Shown in pieces: positions 11,849-21,608 of a stretch of 43,804 bases of DNA. Source of the stretch: Klebsormidium nitens (taxonomy: Eukaryota; Plantae; Klebsormidiophyceae); contig DF237637.1 of NCBI GenBank assembly GCA_000708835.1, positions 1 to 43,804 on the forward strand, read 5' to 3'. The translations under genes and the position numbers were made by a program. The first letter of the stretch is position 1. Every line of letters starts with the position of its first letter. The notes under the pieces are model-generated. The model did no database searches. It was given only the letters and a program-made list of their open reading frames with translations, and was not told where the DNA came from.

Positions 11849-12684
11849 GGTACCTTTCACCAACTACTATCAACCAGAGGCTTCTATGGAAGGCCTGAGT
11901 CAGACTTTTCTTGAGTGATTCCGAAGCGGTTCGATTGAGCGATTCCGAAGCCGTTTCGAGCTCTCTCTGAAGAGAAATCCGACTCAGACGTCTGAGCGAG
12001 CTCCATGGCTGGCAAAAAATCTGACTCGAACACTTGAGCGAGCTCCACCTGGCAGCTCACTGAGGCAATTGAGCGATTCCAACGTGCTTCTGATCTGCCT
12101 CTGATCGGAAACCCTGACTAAAAGAGACTTCAGCGAGCTCCAGCTCCAGCTCAGGCGGTTGAGCGATTCCGAAGCTGAGATTCCGAACCAATGAATGGTA
12201 CGGAACTCGAAACTTTACTTTTTCGGACCACGTGGCTCTGTCCACATGCCGGCTGAACTCGGCTGAACCCCCATCATTAAATTCCGAACCTCCGAGGTCG
12301 GTTACTGTCAGACATGCCTCAGTCAGGACTCTCCGGAATCGCTCAACCGCCTGAGTTGAGCTGGAGCTCGCCAAGACTTCTGAGTCAGCTCTCTCTTCAA
12401 AGCCTGAGCTTGATTCTGGAACCGGCACCTCGGAATCAAGCTCGGAATCGCTCAACCGCATGACCTGAGCTGGAGCTCGCTCAAATGTCTGAGTCAGGTT
12501 TCTATTCAAAGCCTGAGCTTGACTCCGGAACCGTCACTTTGGGATCGCTCTTTGAGACGTCTGAGTCAGCTTTCTCTTGAGAGAGAGCTGGAAACGGCTT
12601 CGAAATCGCTCAACCGGTTCTGATTACTCAGAAAAAGTCTGACTGACACCTCTTTGGTTTGCAGCAGCAGTGCTGACCAGTATC

Positions 12685-12717
12685 TATAAAAGCAGCTCCT
12701 GCCCTCTCATTTGATCA
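12685..12717 (+). promoter_or_regulatory. TATA-box core promoter, copy 3
   Basis: TATAAAAGCAGCTCCTGCCCTCTCATTTGATCA faces the primase-helicase gene. Confidence 0.8.
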
Positions 12718-13185
12718 TTCCTCCAGCACAATCCTTTTCTTATCCCTCAAAAAGCCACTCACTAGCTCACCTCTCTTCCCAGCGACTTCCCAAAGCCAGA
12801 AAGCAGCGGCATACAAGCATGCTCTCCCCCGATCTGCATACAAAGGTAGCAAGCTGAGTTTGCCAGTTGATGAAGGGTGGTGGTGTCTAAGTTCAGAGGC
12901 GGGTGAGCTGGAAGGAGCTGCGCATCAGAGAGCCAGGTAACAGCTGTCTGTACAACTGCGTTTTCTATGACGAATTTCCCTTGATGGACAGTGCGGACAC
13001 TGAAGACAGAACTTTTCAGTTCTCGAGCATACGAAGTTTATTTTGAACCGCTTTTTGTCTTCCCTGCACTGACAGTGTACTTGTCTGTCAGAAGAAGCCA
13101 TCTTACACAAAGTCCTCTTCATGGACAGTGCGGACAGTGAAGACAAAGCTTTTTGGTGGTCTGATCTGTTTGAATTCTTTGCAGG

Positions 13186-16100
13186 GTTCGGGTGAGCGCG
13201 CGCGGCCATCAACATCAGGGGAGGCCGGACCAAACCCAATGGTGAGTCGTTTCAAAGGTTCTGAAAGGCTGCTTGCGTTTCTTATGCACGAGAATTAACA
13301 GAAACTCTGTCTTCACTGTCCCCACTGTCCATCAAGGGAAAATCGCTGATAGAAGACGCATTCGCATAGACAGAGCTGTCTTTATCTACGAAATAGGATC
13401 TTCAAAACCATGTAAAGTTTGATTGCCTAGTCTGCTCGAAAAGTCTGCATTCATTCGCGCGCGCTGACAGCATGCTTGTCTGTCAAGCGAAAAGATCTCA
13501 CACGTTTTCCCCTCATGGACAGTGCGGACACCGCACTGAAGACAGAATATTTGGTCTAACTGCTCAAAGGTTAAGGTTTTTGATGTGGACAGCATGCTTG
13601 TCTGTCAAGCGAAAAGATCTTACATAGAGTTCCCCTCATGGACAGTGCGGACGGTGAAGACAGAGTATTTGGTCTGGCTGCTCAAAGGTTAAAGTTTTTT
13701 GATGTGCAGGAGACCGCAGCTAGGGGCATGGTTGAGCGGGGTTACGTCGTCTTCTCAGCATACACCAGTTTCAACACTCAGACGGGCAAGAAGGCCATGC
13801 TCCCACCAAAGCATTGGCACGATTCTACACTGGCCAACTGCCTCAGCCCCGCATATTTTGACCCCTGCGACAATACCCTGCTGATCAACACAGCGCCTTC
13901 TGGCGTTCTCGTGTTGGATTTCGACCTTCAAGACGGGGGCATGGAGCAGCTGGCTGAGTGGGAGAGCAAGCACGGCGCATTCACGGGGGCGCGAGTGCGC
14001 ACCGGCAGTGGGGGGGTCCATCTCTACTTCTCGCATCAACGAAGCGTGGAGGCGGGATTAGATGCAGGCACACCAACGCACTTTGCAAAGCTCGCGCTCA
14101 AGATCCCGGACCCAAAAATGGGGAAGGAAACGGTGAAAAAGGTGGGGGTCGATATGCGAGGCGTGAGCTCGAATGGCATGATTGCGTGCCCTCCATCTTC
14201 CTATCAGCGGGGCGAGGAGTTTGCGCGCTACACTGTCGCAGGCGGAGGGGACCTACCAGCTGTCGATGCTCTGCCTCCCCTTCCTGGATGGTTTATTGAG
14301 ATTCTGAACGAGCGAGCTTCTTCGAAAGCAGCGGGGGGCGCGCCAAAAAGCCGTCCAGGGGCTGGGAAAGCAGCTGCGGCAGGGGCTGGGGGTACGCAGG
14401 CGCGCGCTCCGGGGAACCCGCCGGATCTTGCGGATCCAGTTCTGCAACAACAGGTGGTCGAGGTCTTGCGGGGCATGCTCAGCAGCTACGGGGACAACAG
14501 TTCTGTCTTTCGCAAGGCAGAATTGAGCACAGTTGCCGGCCCGGAAGCAGTGATCTATCACTTTGAGAACGGTAATGGGGGCCGGGCAACGTGCCCTTAC
14601 CTCAAGGCAGGAGAACGGGCGCACAGCAGCAACAACTTCGGCCTACTTCGAAGAGGAACGGAGATCACGTACGTGTGCCACAGCGGGCGGTGCAAGAGCG
14701 AGGGGCGCAGAAACAAGAAGCNNNNNNNNNNNNNNNNNNNNNNNNNNNNNNNNNNNNNNNNNNNNNNNNNNNNNNNNNNNNNNNNNNNNNNNNNNNNNNN
14801 NNNNNNNNNNNNNNNNNNNNNNNNNNNNNNNNNNNNNNNNNNNNNNNNNNNNNNNNNNNNNNNNNNNNNNNNNNNNNNNNNNNNNNNNNNNNNNNNNNNN
14901 NNNNNNNNNNNNNNNNNNNNNNNNNNNNNNNNNNNNNNNNNNNNNNNNNNNNNNNNNNNNNNNNNNNNNNNNNNNNNNNNNNNNNNNNNNNNNNNNNNNN
15001 NNNNNNNNNNNNNNNNNNNNNNNNNNTTGCAGCTGCGTTCTCAGATGCAGAACCGTTGAACAGCGAGCGGGATCGACTGTACGAGGACCGACAGCTGCTG
15101 CCCCTCTCGTTTCTACGGGAGAATCTCTCGGTAGCAGCAGGTGAGGTTAAAAGTTTCGACGAGCTGGCACGCATTCCAGTCTCCAAGAAAGGAGCGCACT
15201 GTTTGCCTTGCTGAAGTTTCGAGCAGATTCTGCGAAGGCCCCAGACAGCGGTGCTGTCTATCAAGTGTGGAGGCTTCACTTGCAAAACTGTCTTCACAGA
15301 CACCATGGACAACAAAGACGGAGGTTTCAAAAAGAATTCAAAGAGTTGATTCTGTGAATGCCCCAAACAGCGGTGCTGTCTATCAAGTGCGGACCTTCCC
15401 TTGCAAAACTGTCTTCACAGAGACCATGGACAGCAAAGGAATCGAAGAGTTGAATTCAAAGAGTTTTGGTTCCAGATTCTCGTGCCTTTTCTGGTCTCCG
15501 ATGAGACAAACGATGCTTGATTTGGCGTTAAAAAAGGTCTGCAAGCCCCCGGCGAGAGTGTACCAACTCACAACAATCTATGCAGGTGATGAAGGCGGCG
15601 CGCAGATCATCGATCGCCTGCAAACCTACACCGGCCAAAAGCTCGTCTTCTCGAACGAGAAGTGGTACGTTTTCACAGGGTCGGTGTGGAAGGCAGACCC
15701 AGGTGGGCGGGAGGCTCAAAAGGTGTGCCGTGGAGAACTCAACAAAATCAGCGCTGCGTACCAAAAGGAGACTGGGGCTGCGGTTGAGCAAGACGAGAGC
15801 GAGGATGATGATGGCAGCGAGGAAGGGCCCCCGAAGAAGAAGAAGAAGAGGACAGAAAAGCTGACCAACTTCAACTGGAACGCACGGATGTCCAACATCA
15901 TGACGACCCTGAAAGGCTATTGCCTGGATCCGGGATTCGAGAAGCTGCTCAACTCCAACAGAGACGCTCTTCCCCTGCTAAACGGCGTCATCCTCCTGCC
16001 AACTGGCGAGTTAGTACCGCACCATCCCAAGGTGAGCTTGGGTTAAGGCATTTTGCCCTTGAAAACTGCTTTGAAAACTACCCAAATATGACCGGAAGTC

Positions 16101-18040
16101 AGTCTGACAACCGACAATCTGCATATTTGCAGTTCCTGTGGTCGTTTCGTAGTTGAATACTTCGTGTAATCTACCGGTGGCCAACTTTTCAAAATCAGGC
16201 CTGGCCCTCCACATGCGTGCTCATAACCGTAAAACTTCGACTTAGTTGTATCGTTCAGTCCGCTTCAGAAAGTGCGTGAAGTTGTGCTTCAACGTAGCGC
16301 ATCGACTGAAGTGAAGGAGAAAAGAGGGATAGCATTCAACAGGCAATCTGACAACCGACACTCTACCTTTTGCAGTTCCTGTGGTCATTCGTGTTGGGGT
16401 ACAGGTGGCCTTCGACCGGTGTCCACACGCCGTTAGGCCGGATGGGCGAGTTCCTGAAGGAGATCACGCACACCCCAGAAGCTCTAGCCTATCTTCAGCG
16501 CATCCTAGGCTACGGCATCACTGGTCACATCTCCAACCAGGTCATGCTCATCATGATCGGGGAAGGTGGTGCTGGAAAGAGCCTCCTATTGACGCTCCTG
16601 AAGCGCCTTATTGGCCCGTTCTACAAGGACGTGTCAAAGGATATGTTGGTGACTTCGAAGGGGCAACGGCCGCCCAGCAAAGGAGCTGCCAACCCGGACG
16701 AAGCAGGTAATAGTTTTAGACAACGTCTGAGGAAGTTAGAGCTGTGTCTGATTCGTAATTGCATGCTAGACCGTAGAGCTTCTTTTGAAAAAGTCGAGCT
16801 GGTTTCTCATATGCGGATCTTGCAGACTTCTAAGCACTTTTCTCTTGATGTGCACGTGCGCAAGGACTGCAAGGGGTTCGAATGGCTGTGTGTTCGGAGT
16901 CGGAAGAAACCGACGAGTTTGCGGAGAGCAACTTGAAACGGCTCACCGGAGAGGCAACCATCACGAGCAGAGCGCTTTACAGTGACTATGTCACTTTTCA
17001 GACGACACAACTGGTGAGGAATAAACCACTGATCCCCTCACGGGCAGACATCCATTCATCTTTTGACTTCCTTTTGCAATCTCTGTCTTTGCTGTCCATG
17101 GTGTCTGTCAAGTACAATCTGCAAGTGAAGGTCCGCACTTGATAGACAACACCGCTGTTTGGGGGCCTTTACACAATCTGCTCGAAACTTCAGCAAGGCA
17201 AACAGTGCGCTCCTTTCTCGGAGACCGGAATGCGTGCCAGCTCGTTCAGATTCTACGAGGTGTTGAGAAGTTTTTTGTCTTTGCTGTCTGCACTGTCTTT
17301 CAAGCTAGATTCGTATAAGCATGCTTCCCTTGGTGGACAGTTACCGTGTCAACCAATGCTCAAACTTCCGCTGAAAACTCGAAAAAAACTGGAGGTGCCG
17401 GTTTACGAGCTAAATCCTTTTTGCATTTTGTCTGCAGCACATTCTCTGCACCAACTACCCGCCGCGTGCCAAGAGGTGGACCATTGCGCTGAAGCGCCGT
17501 CTGCTTACCCTGGTTTTTCCAATGCGCTTCTTCTACCCTCAAGAGGCGGGGTACGACCCGAAAAACCCACACCATGGGGTCAGAGATGATGCGCTCGAAA
17601 GCATACTGATGGCAGAGGTCGAGAAGCTGCTGGTTTTCTTGGTCATTGGAGCAAAGGACTGGTATGAGAACGGGAGAAGGCTACTTGACATGCCAGAAAC
17701 TAGCAAGAGATACATGGAGTCCTGGGAGCAGTCAAACGATCCGTTCGCAGCTTTTATGAAATACGAGGGCACCATCAACACCAAAGCATTTGAGACGTCG
17801 GAGTCTCTGATGACGGCTTACAACAACCCGGACAGGCTGGTTGACGGCGTCAGGTTTGAGGAGACAGGAGCTCCGATGATTCGCACTAGTCAGGAGTTAG
17901 CCAAGTATTGCAGAGCCCATGGTCTAGATGGTCCGGGGAAGCCTTCCGAATTGAGATTCGTAGATGCAGGCCATCAGATCAGGGGCTACCGAGGATTCAA
18001 ACTGAATAAGCCAACGGACCACAGTCGATTGGAGCGATAG
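13186..18040 (+). CDS. Intron-containing bifunctional primase-polymerase (Prim-Pol) / Zn-finger / D5-type SF3 helicase
   Basis: Predicted exons: 13186-13240 (tentative), 13710-[gap 14722-15026]-15140, 15586-16031, 16376-16706, 16865-17013 and 17438-18040, all junctions phase-compatible. Motifs: VLVLDFD, RTGSGGVHLYF, VDMRG, ACPPS (Prim-Pol); CPY..H.SNN..YVCHSGRC (Zn finger); LPLLNGVILL (D5_N); GEGGAGKS (Walker A); AVCSESEE (Walker B); ILCTNYPP (motif C); KRRL (Arg finger). Confidence 0.85.
14722..15026. other. Assembly gap (305 N)
   Basis: The run of n characters lies inside the primase-helicase gene. Confidence 1.
15159..17245. repeat. 161-bp inverted repeat pair (15159-15319 and 17085-17245)
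   Basis: Hand alignment gives roughly 85-90% identity, including an uninterrupted identical run agaaaggagcgcactgtttgccttgctgaagtttcgagcagatt. Both arms are intronic. Confidence 0.92.
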
Positions 18041-18408
18041 AGCGGCAAGCAGGCCCTTTTGCTTGACATCATTTGCCACAAGTGCGCTGTAACTACGAAC
18101 TGATTTATATGTTGATGAAAGCTTGATTCGTCATCAGGGAACGGATCCTTCCCTGATTCGAACACACACGTAAATCCAACGACTCTTTCGCGAGTGTTCA
18201 TAAACGTGCGCATGAGTGTTCTTTTTCGACCTTCCTTCAAGATTCTGTCTTCAGTTTCCATGCTGTCTATGAAGCCAAATCCCTGTACGAAGATCTATCT
18301 TGATAGACAACACATTGGCATGGCAAGCTTCCGGCGTGATGACCAGGTATGAGCCTCGTTCCGTTCCCGTTTTGGAACCATGAGCTTCGTTAACGGTTCG
18401 AACATCAT

Positions 18409-18798
18409 CTAGTCAACGGCTGCCGTTGGATTTGAGGTGGCGGTCTTCACGCATACAATCCTATTTTCAGAATCAAACTCAACGCCTGCTTCCTTCAATT
18501 TCGATATGGTCCTCGCATGCGGTTTTGTAGTTCTTCCAGTCCGAAGACGCTTGGCAGCGTCTTGTAGTAAGAGCCCGTGCTTGTGTTTCTGATACCATAT
18601 CTTCTTCCGCTCAAGCACACGCTGTTTGTTGCATCTGTAAAAATCTTGTCTCTTTAATTGAAGCTCTTTGCACCTCGGCACGCCGTCTGATGATTGAAGA
18701 GAGATTGGAAGTATTGCAATTTGAACAACTCGATGCTTCATTCCACAAAGGGTACAAGGAACTAAGCGTATGATGGTTATCTCCGCGCCGGTCTCCAT
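18409..18798 (-). CDS. Small basic protein, paralogue of 24257-24535
   Basis: ATG start with TATATAA just upstream. It has an N-terminal CxxC, and WYQKH...A.KR.R.G....P...T..KL..AG is shared with the 24535 ORF. Confidence 0.65.
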   Translation of the reverse strand: METGAEITIIRLVPCTLCGMKHRVVQIAILPISLQSSDGVPRCKELQLKRQDFYRCNKQRVLERKKIWYQKHKHGLLLQDAAKRLRTGRTTKPHARTISKLKEAGVEFDSENRIVCVKTATSNPTAAVD

Positions 18799-18864
18799 TT
18801 CGTTGAAATGTTATATAATCTACTCTTCATTCATATATTTTTTTCCAACAGATCAACGCAAAGC

Positions 18865-19215
18865 TCAGTTGTCTTCTGCCTCCTTGCATACCTTGAGAGT
18901 CCTCTTTGCCATCGATAGTAGAAGCGCTGCCTCCTCCTCGGAATACCCACCCGTCTCATGATCTGTTATACTTGCTGTGATTATGCCGAAAACATCGCCC
19001 CATGAAACGACGAATTCTTCATTACAGAGTCGATAAAGCAAAAGCAAAACGCCCTTCCGTAGCAAAGTCATGTCGATGGGAAGTCGGAGCCCTTCATCCA
19101 CGAGGCCTTCATAGCGAAGAGGTCCAAAGCTCTCAATCTCGTCGATGAACGGCAACAAGCTATATAGACGAGGGTTTGCCTGCTTTGGCACGTAGTACGT
19201 GTAGCCTCGCTCCAT
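18865..19215 (-). CDS. Hypothetical protein (116 aa)
   Basis: ATG-initiated intronless ORF tightly packed in the cassette, with normal globular composition. Confidence 0.6.
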   Translation of the reverse strand: MERGYTYYVPKQANPRLYSLLPFIDEIESFGPLRYEGLVDEGLRLPIDMTLLRKGVLLLLYRLCNEEFVVSWGDVFGIITASITDHETGGYSEEEAALLLSMAKRTLKVCKEAEDN

Positions 19216-19272
19216 TTGGATCTTTCTTTATAGAAAGGAGAAAAAAATCCATGCTCTTTAGGTCTCTGTCTC

Positions 19273-19851
19273 TCAATCTTCATCGCTGTCAACTGCAACA
19301 CATCTGAACGTTGTTATCTTGCTTCCCCGAGCCTTTCCGGTGGCTTTTGAAGTGCCTCTAGTAGCTGATTGTTTTGCTTTACCTTTATCAGTTGACTTTC
19401 TCTTGGAAGTCTGCTTTGCAGCCTTGCTCGAGGTTTTCTTTGTGCTCTCTTGCTTCTTCTTTGCCTTTGAAGCGGAAGCGTGCATCTTAACAAGCTCATC
19501 AACCGGTACCTTAGTTGCTGATGTTGAGAAGGTTCCTTCGAACGGAAGTCCAAGCGGTCGTTCACACTTTCGGATTGGGGAGATCTTCACCTCGTACCCA
19601 AATTCTTTCTTAGCCGAACCTCTGGTCGTTTCCTGTAAGAGAACATAGACAGTGCAGGGTGCTTTAGCTGCACCGTTACATTTGAGTGCCCTGAATAGCT
19701 GGCTACCCGCACGGGTGCCTGCTTGCGAAACACGTCCCCTTTCAGCATCGATCTCGAGACGAGTGTCTTCGAGAAGGCTCGAAGCATCTGATTGGTTATG
19801 GTCAAGCGCAAGAAGCACCTTAAATTTTCGTTTGTAGCATGCAGTATCCAT
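19273..19851 (-). CDS. Hypothetical protein with Lys/Ser/Ala-rich basic C-terminal tail
   Basis: ATG-initiated 192-aa ORF with the tail KAKKKQESTKKTSSKAAKQTSKRKSTDKGKAK. Confidence 0.65.
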   Translation of the reverse strand: MDTACYKRKFKVLLALDHNQSDASSLLEDTRLEIDAERGRVSQAGTRAGSQLFRALKCNGAAKAPCTVYVLLQETTRGSAKKEFGYEVKISPIRKCERPLGLPFEGTFSTSATKVPVDELVKMHASASKAKKKQESTKKTSSKAAKQTSKRKSTDKGKAKQSATRGTSKATGKARGSKITTFRCVAVDSDED

Positions 19852-20510
19852 TAGACCGGCTGTATGAATGTAAGGTCAGATAATAAACGTGGAACGAAAA
19901 TGCATCATGCTGCCTACCTTGGAGGTTGGCCCCCTGAAGCACTTCGGTCGTCTTCTTGATCTGGCAAAGTTGTTGACAGACAATTTGCAAAAGTTGCCCC
20001 TCTATGATCAGATAGTTGTCTACATGAAGCACTTTGAAAAGATGAACGACCCCAGTCACTATTCTAGAAGGGAGAGTCCGGATTTCGCGAAATTAGGACT
20101 CAAATGTGGGACCCCAAAAGCACAAAAAGCTGGGAGCTTTTGCTGGAATTGACCGCGTGTTGGGAAATCTTGTCACTTTAGAGTTTGAATTCTGGGATTG
20201 CAGCTGAAGATCAAAGATCATGTAACTGATTCTAGAATTGGAAAGGTGGTGCATCTTAGCAAACTGTGTTCCTACCTGAGGCTCTTGGATTCTAGAATCC
20301 AAACAAAGTGGGAAGTTTTTTGACCAAGTAGCAATCGTCCATCCCAAAATTCACCCAGAAAGGTTGGAAATTCGAAGACCAATTCCAGCCCCTTGATTTC
20401 GGCTGGCCGGGGGTTCTGAAGCAGACATTCCTAGGGGGTGCATCTTGAGGAGGCGTTCGTTTCAATTTCAGAATTATTGTAGATGATGTATGATATAGGG
20501 TTGCCAGTTG

Positions 20511-21581
20511 ATGGATTCGGAAGCATCCGTTCAATCGAGTACAGGATCCACATCCGACAAAGGAGGGGATAACGAAACTCTGCGACCAATTGCATCAGGT
20601 GAAGCTGCTTTGCGCAACCTGTTTCAAACGGGCAAACGGGCTGAGACAACTGTTCTACAATATCTGAACAGTGTGCGAATGATTCATACTCTAGTTACGG
20701 GCAATAAGGTGTTGCCTTCCACGTTAGATTGGATGAAGGATGCATCTATCATCATTGAAAAGCTCGACCAGGTCTACAAAAATCCTGGAACGTTCAAAAA
20801 TAAGCTGACCCCGTTAATGGTCATTGCTCACGAAAAGGGATGGGAATGCGCCTATAAGAAATACTTCGAGAGCTTCTCAGAGAAGAAGGCGGTCCAGATG
20901 AAGAAGGCCGATGAGCAAAAGGCTACCGAGAAAGAGGCTTCCAACTGGATAAGCATAGACGAGCTCAAAAGCAAAGCGGAAGAGCTCAACAGACACATCC
21001 GGAGGAACATAATGCCAAACTTAAAAGATAACGGTGCAAGTCTCAGCAGAGACGAGATAAAGTGCGTTTTCCAGCACTTGTTGATCGCAAGCAACCTTCA
21101 TGAGCCACCCAAGCGACGAGATCTGAGCGGACTTCCTCTCCAAAAAGCGGACGGAAGCTTCTACTGCGGTGAAGCCGAAAAGACGTATAGGGATACCGGC
21201 AATTGTCTACGAGAAAGCACAAGTGGGGAGTTTTCGCTTGTGCTTAAAACTTATAAGACGTCGAAAAAGTACGGGAAGAAAGAGTTTGAGCTTTCACAGC
21301 GTCTCAATAACTACATTCGACGGTCGATCGAGTTGGTTCCTAGGGGTTTTTTGTTATCGCGGCTTGGGGATACGAATCAAGCTATGTCCGATAACTATTT
21401 GACCAAGTTCATCTCCTCAATTACCTTTCCAAACGGAAAGCGATTGAATCAGAATCATCTGAGGCATCTTTACATTAGCGAACACTTCAAAAACGATCAT
21501 TCGATTGCTGAGAGGAAGCAGTTAGCTGAGAGGATGTTGCACGACTGGGGGACAGCAATGGTTACATACGAGAGAAAGTGA
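20511..21581 (+). CDS. Tyrosine recombinase/integrase of the type seen in Polinton-like viruses and virophages
   Basis: Intronless ORF with catalytic motifs in the expected order: PPKRRD (R), YKTSKKYG (K), NHLRHLYIS (R), LAERMLH (H) and terminal TYERK (Y nucleophile). Confidence 0.85.
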   Translation: MDSEASVQSSTGSTSDKGGDNETLRPIASGEAALRNLFQTGKRAETTVLQYLNSVRMIHTLVTGNKVLPSTLDWMKDASIIIEKLDQVYKNPGTFKNKLTPLMVIAHEKGWECAYKKYFESFSEKKAVQMKKADEQKATEKEASNWISIDELKSKAEELNRHIRRNIMPNLKDNGASLSRDEIKCVFQHLLIASNLHEPPKRRDLSGLPLQKADGSFYCGEAEKTYRDTGNCLRESTSGEFSLVLKTYKTSKKYGKKEFELSQRLNNYIRRSIELVPRGFLLSRLGDTNQAMSDNYLTKFISSITFPNGKRLNQNHLRHLYISEHFKNDHSIAERKQLAERMLHDWGTAMVTYERK

Positions 21582-21608
21582 TCAGCATTGAGCCAGAGTT
21601 GAAGAATA

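Larger units (their letters stand above)
11762..12769. repeat. ~1-kb imperfect palindrome carrying two divergent TATA promoters
   Basis: 11762-11848 is the reverse complement of 12685-12769. 11899-11995 pairs with ~12556-12645, and 12126-12172 pairs with ~12338-12385. There is an internal ~108-bp tandem duplication at 12338-12545. Confidence 0.9.
12945..18309. repeat. Dispersed family of ~64-65-bp units bounded by TGTCT...AGACA
   Basis: Copies at 12945-13008(+), 13082-13145(+), 13308-13372(-), 13477-13544(+), 13599-13662(+), ~15255-15319(+), ~15376-15440(+), ~17083-17147(-), ~17275-17330(-, partial) and 18246-18309(-). The core is CATGGACAGTGCGGACA(C/G)TGAAGACA. Confidence 0.85.

Noticed and set aside
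12057-12509. 150-aa ORF on the minus strand
   Set aside because: It lies wholly inside the palindromic repeat/promoter region, and its peptide repeats merely mirror the DNA repeats.
12945-13662. Regularly sized repeats resembling a CRISPR array
   Set aside because: The units occur in both orientations, spacing is irregular, the spacers are themselves duplicated, there are no cas genes and the context is eukaryotic.
19889-20152. 87-aa ORF between the basic protein and the recombinase
   Set aside because: It has a GTG start and no recognisable motif; it may be real but is not supportable here.
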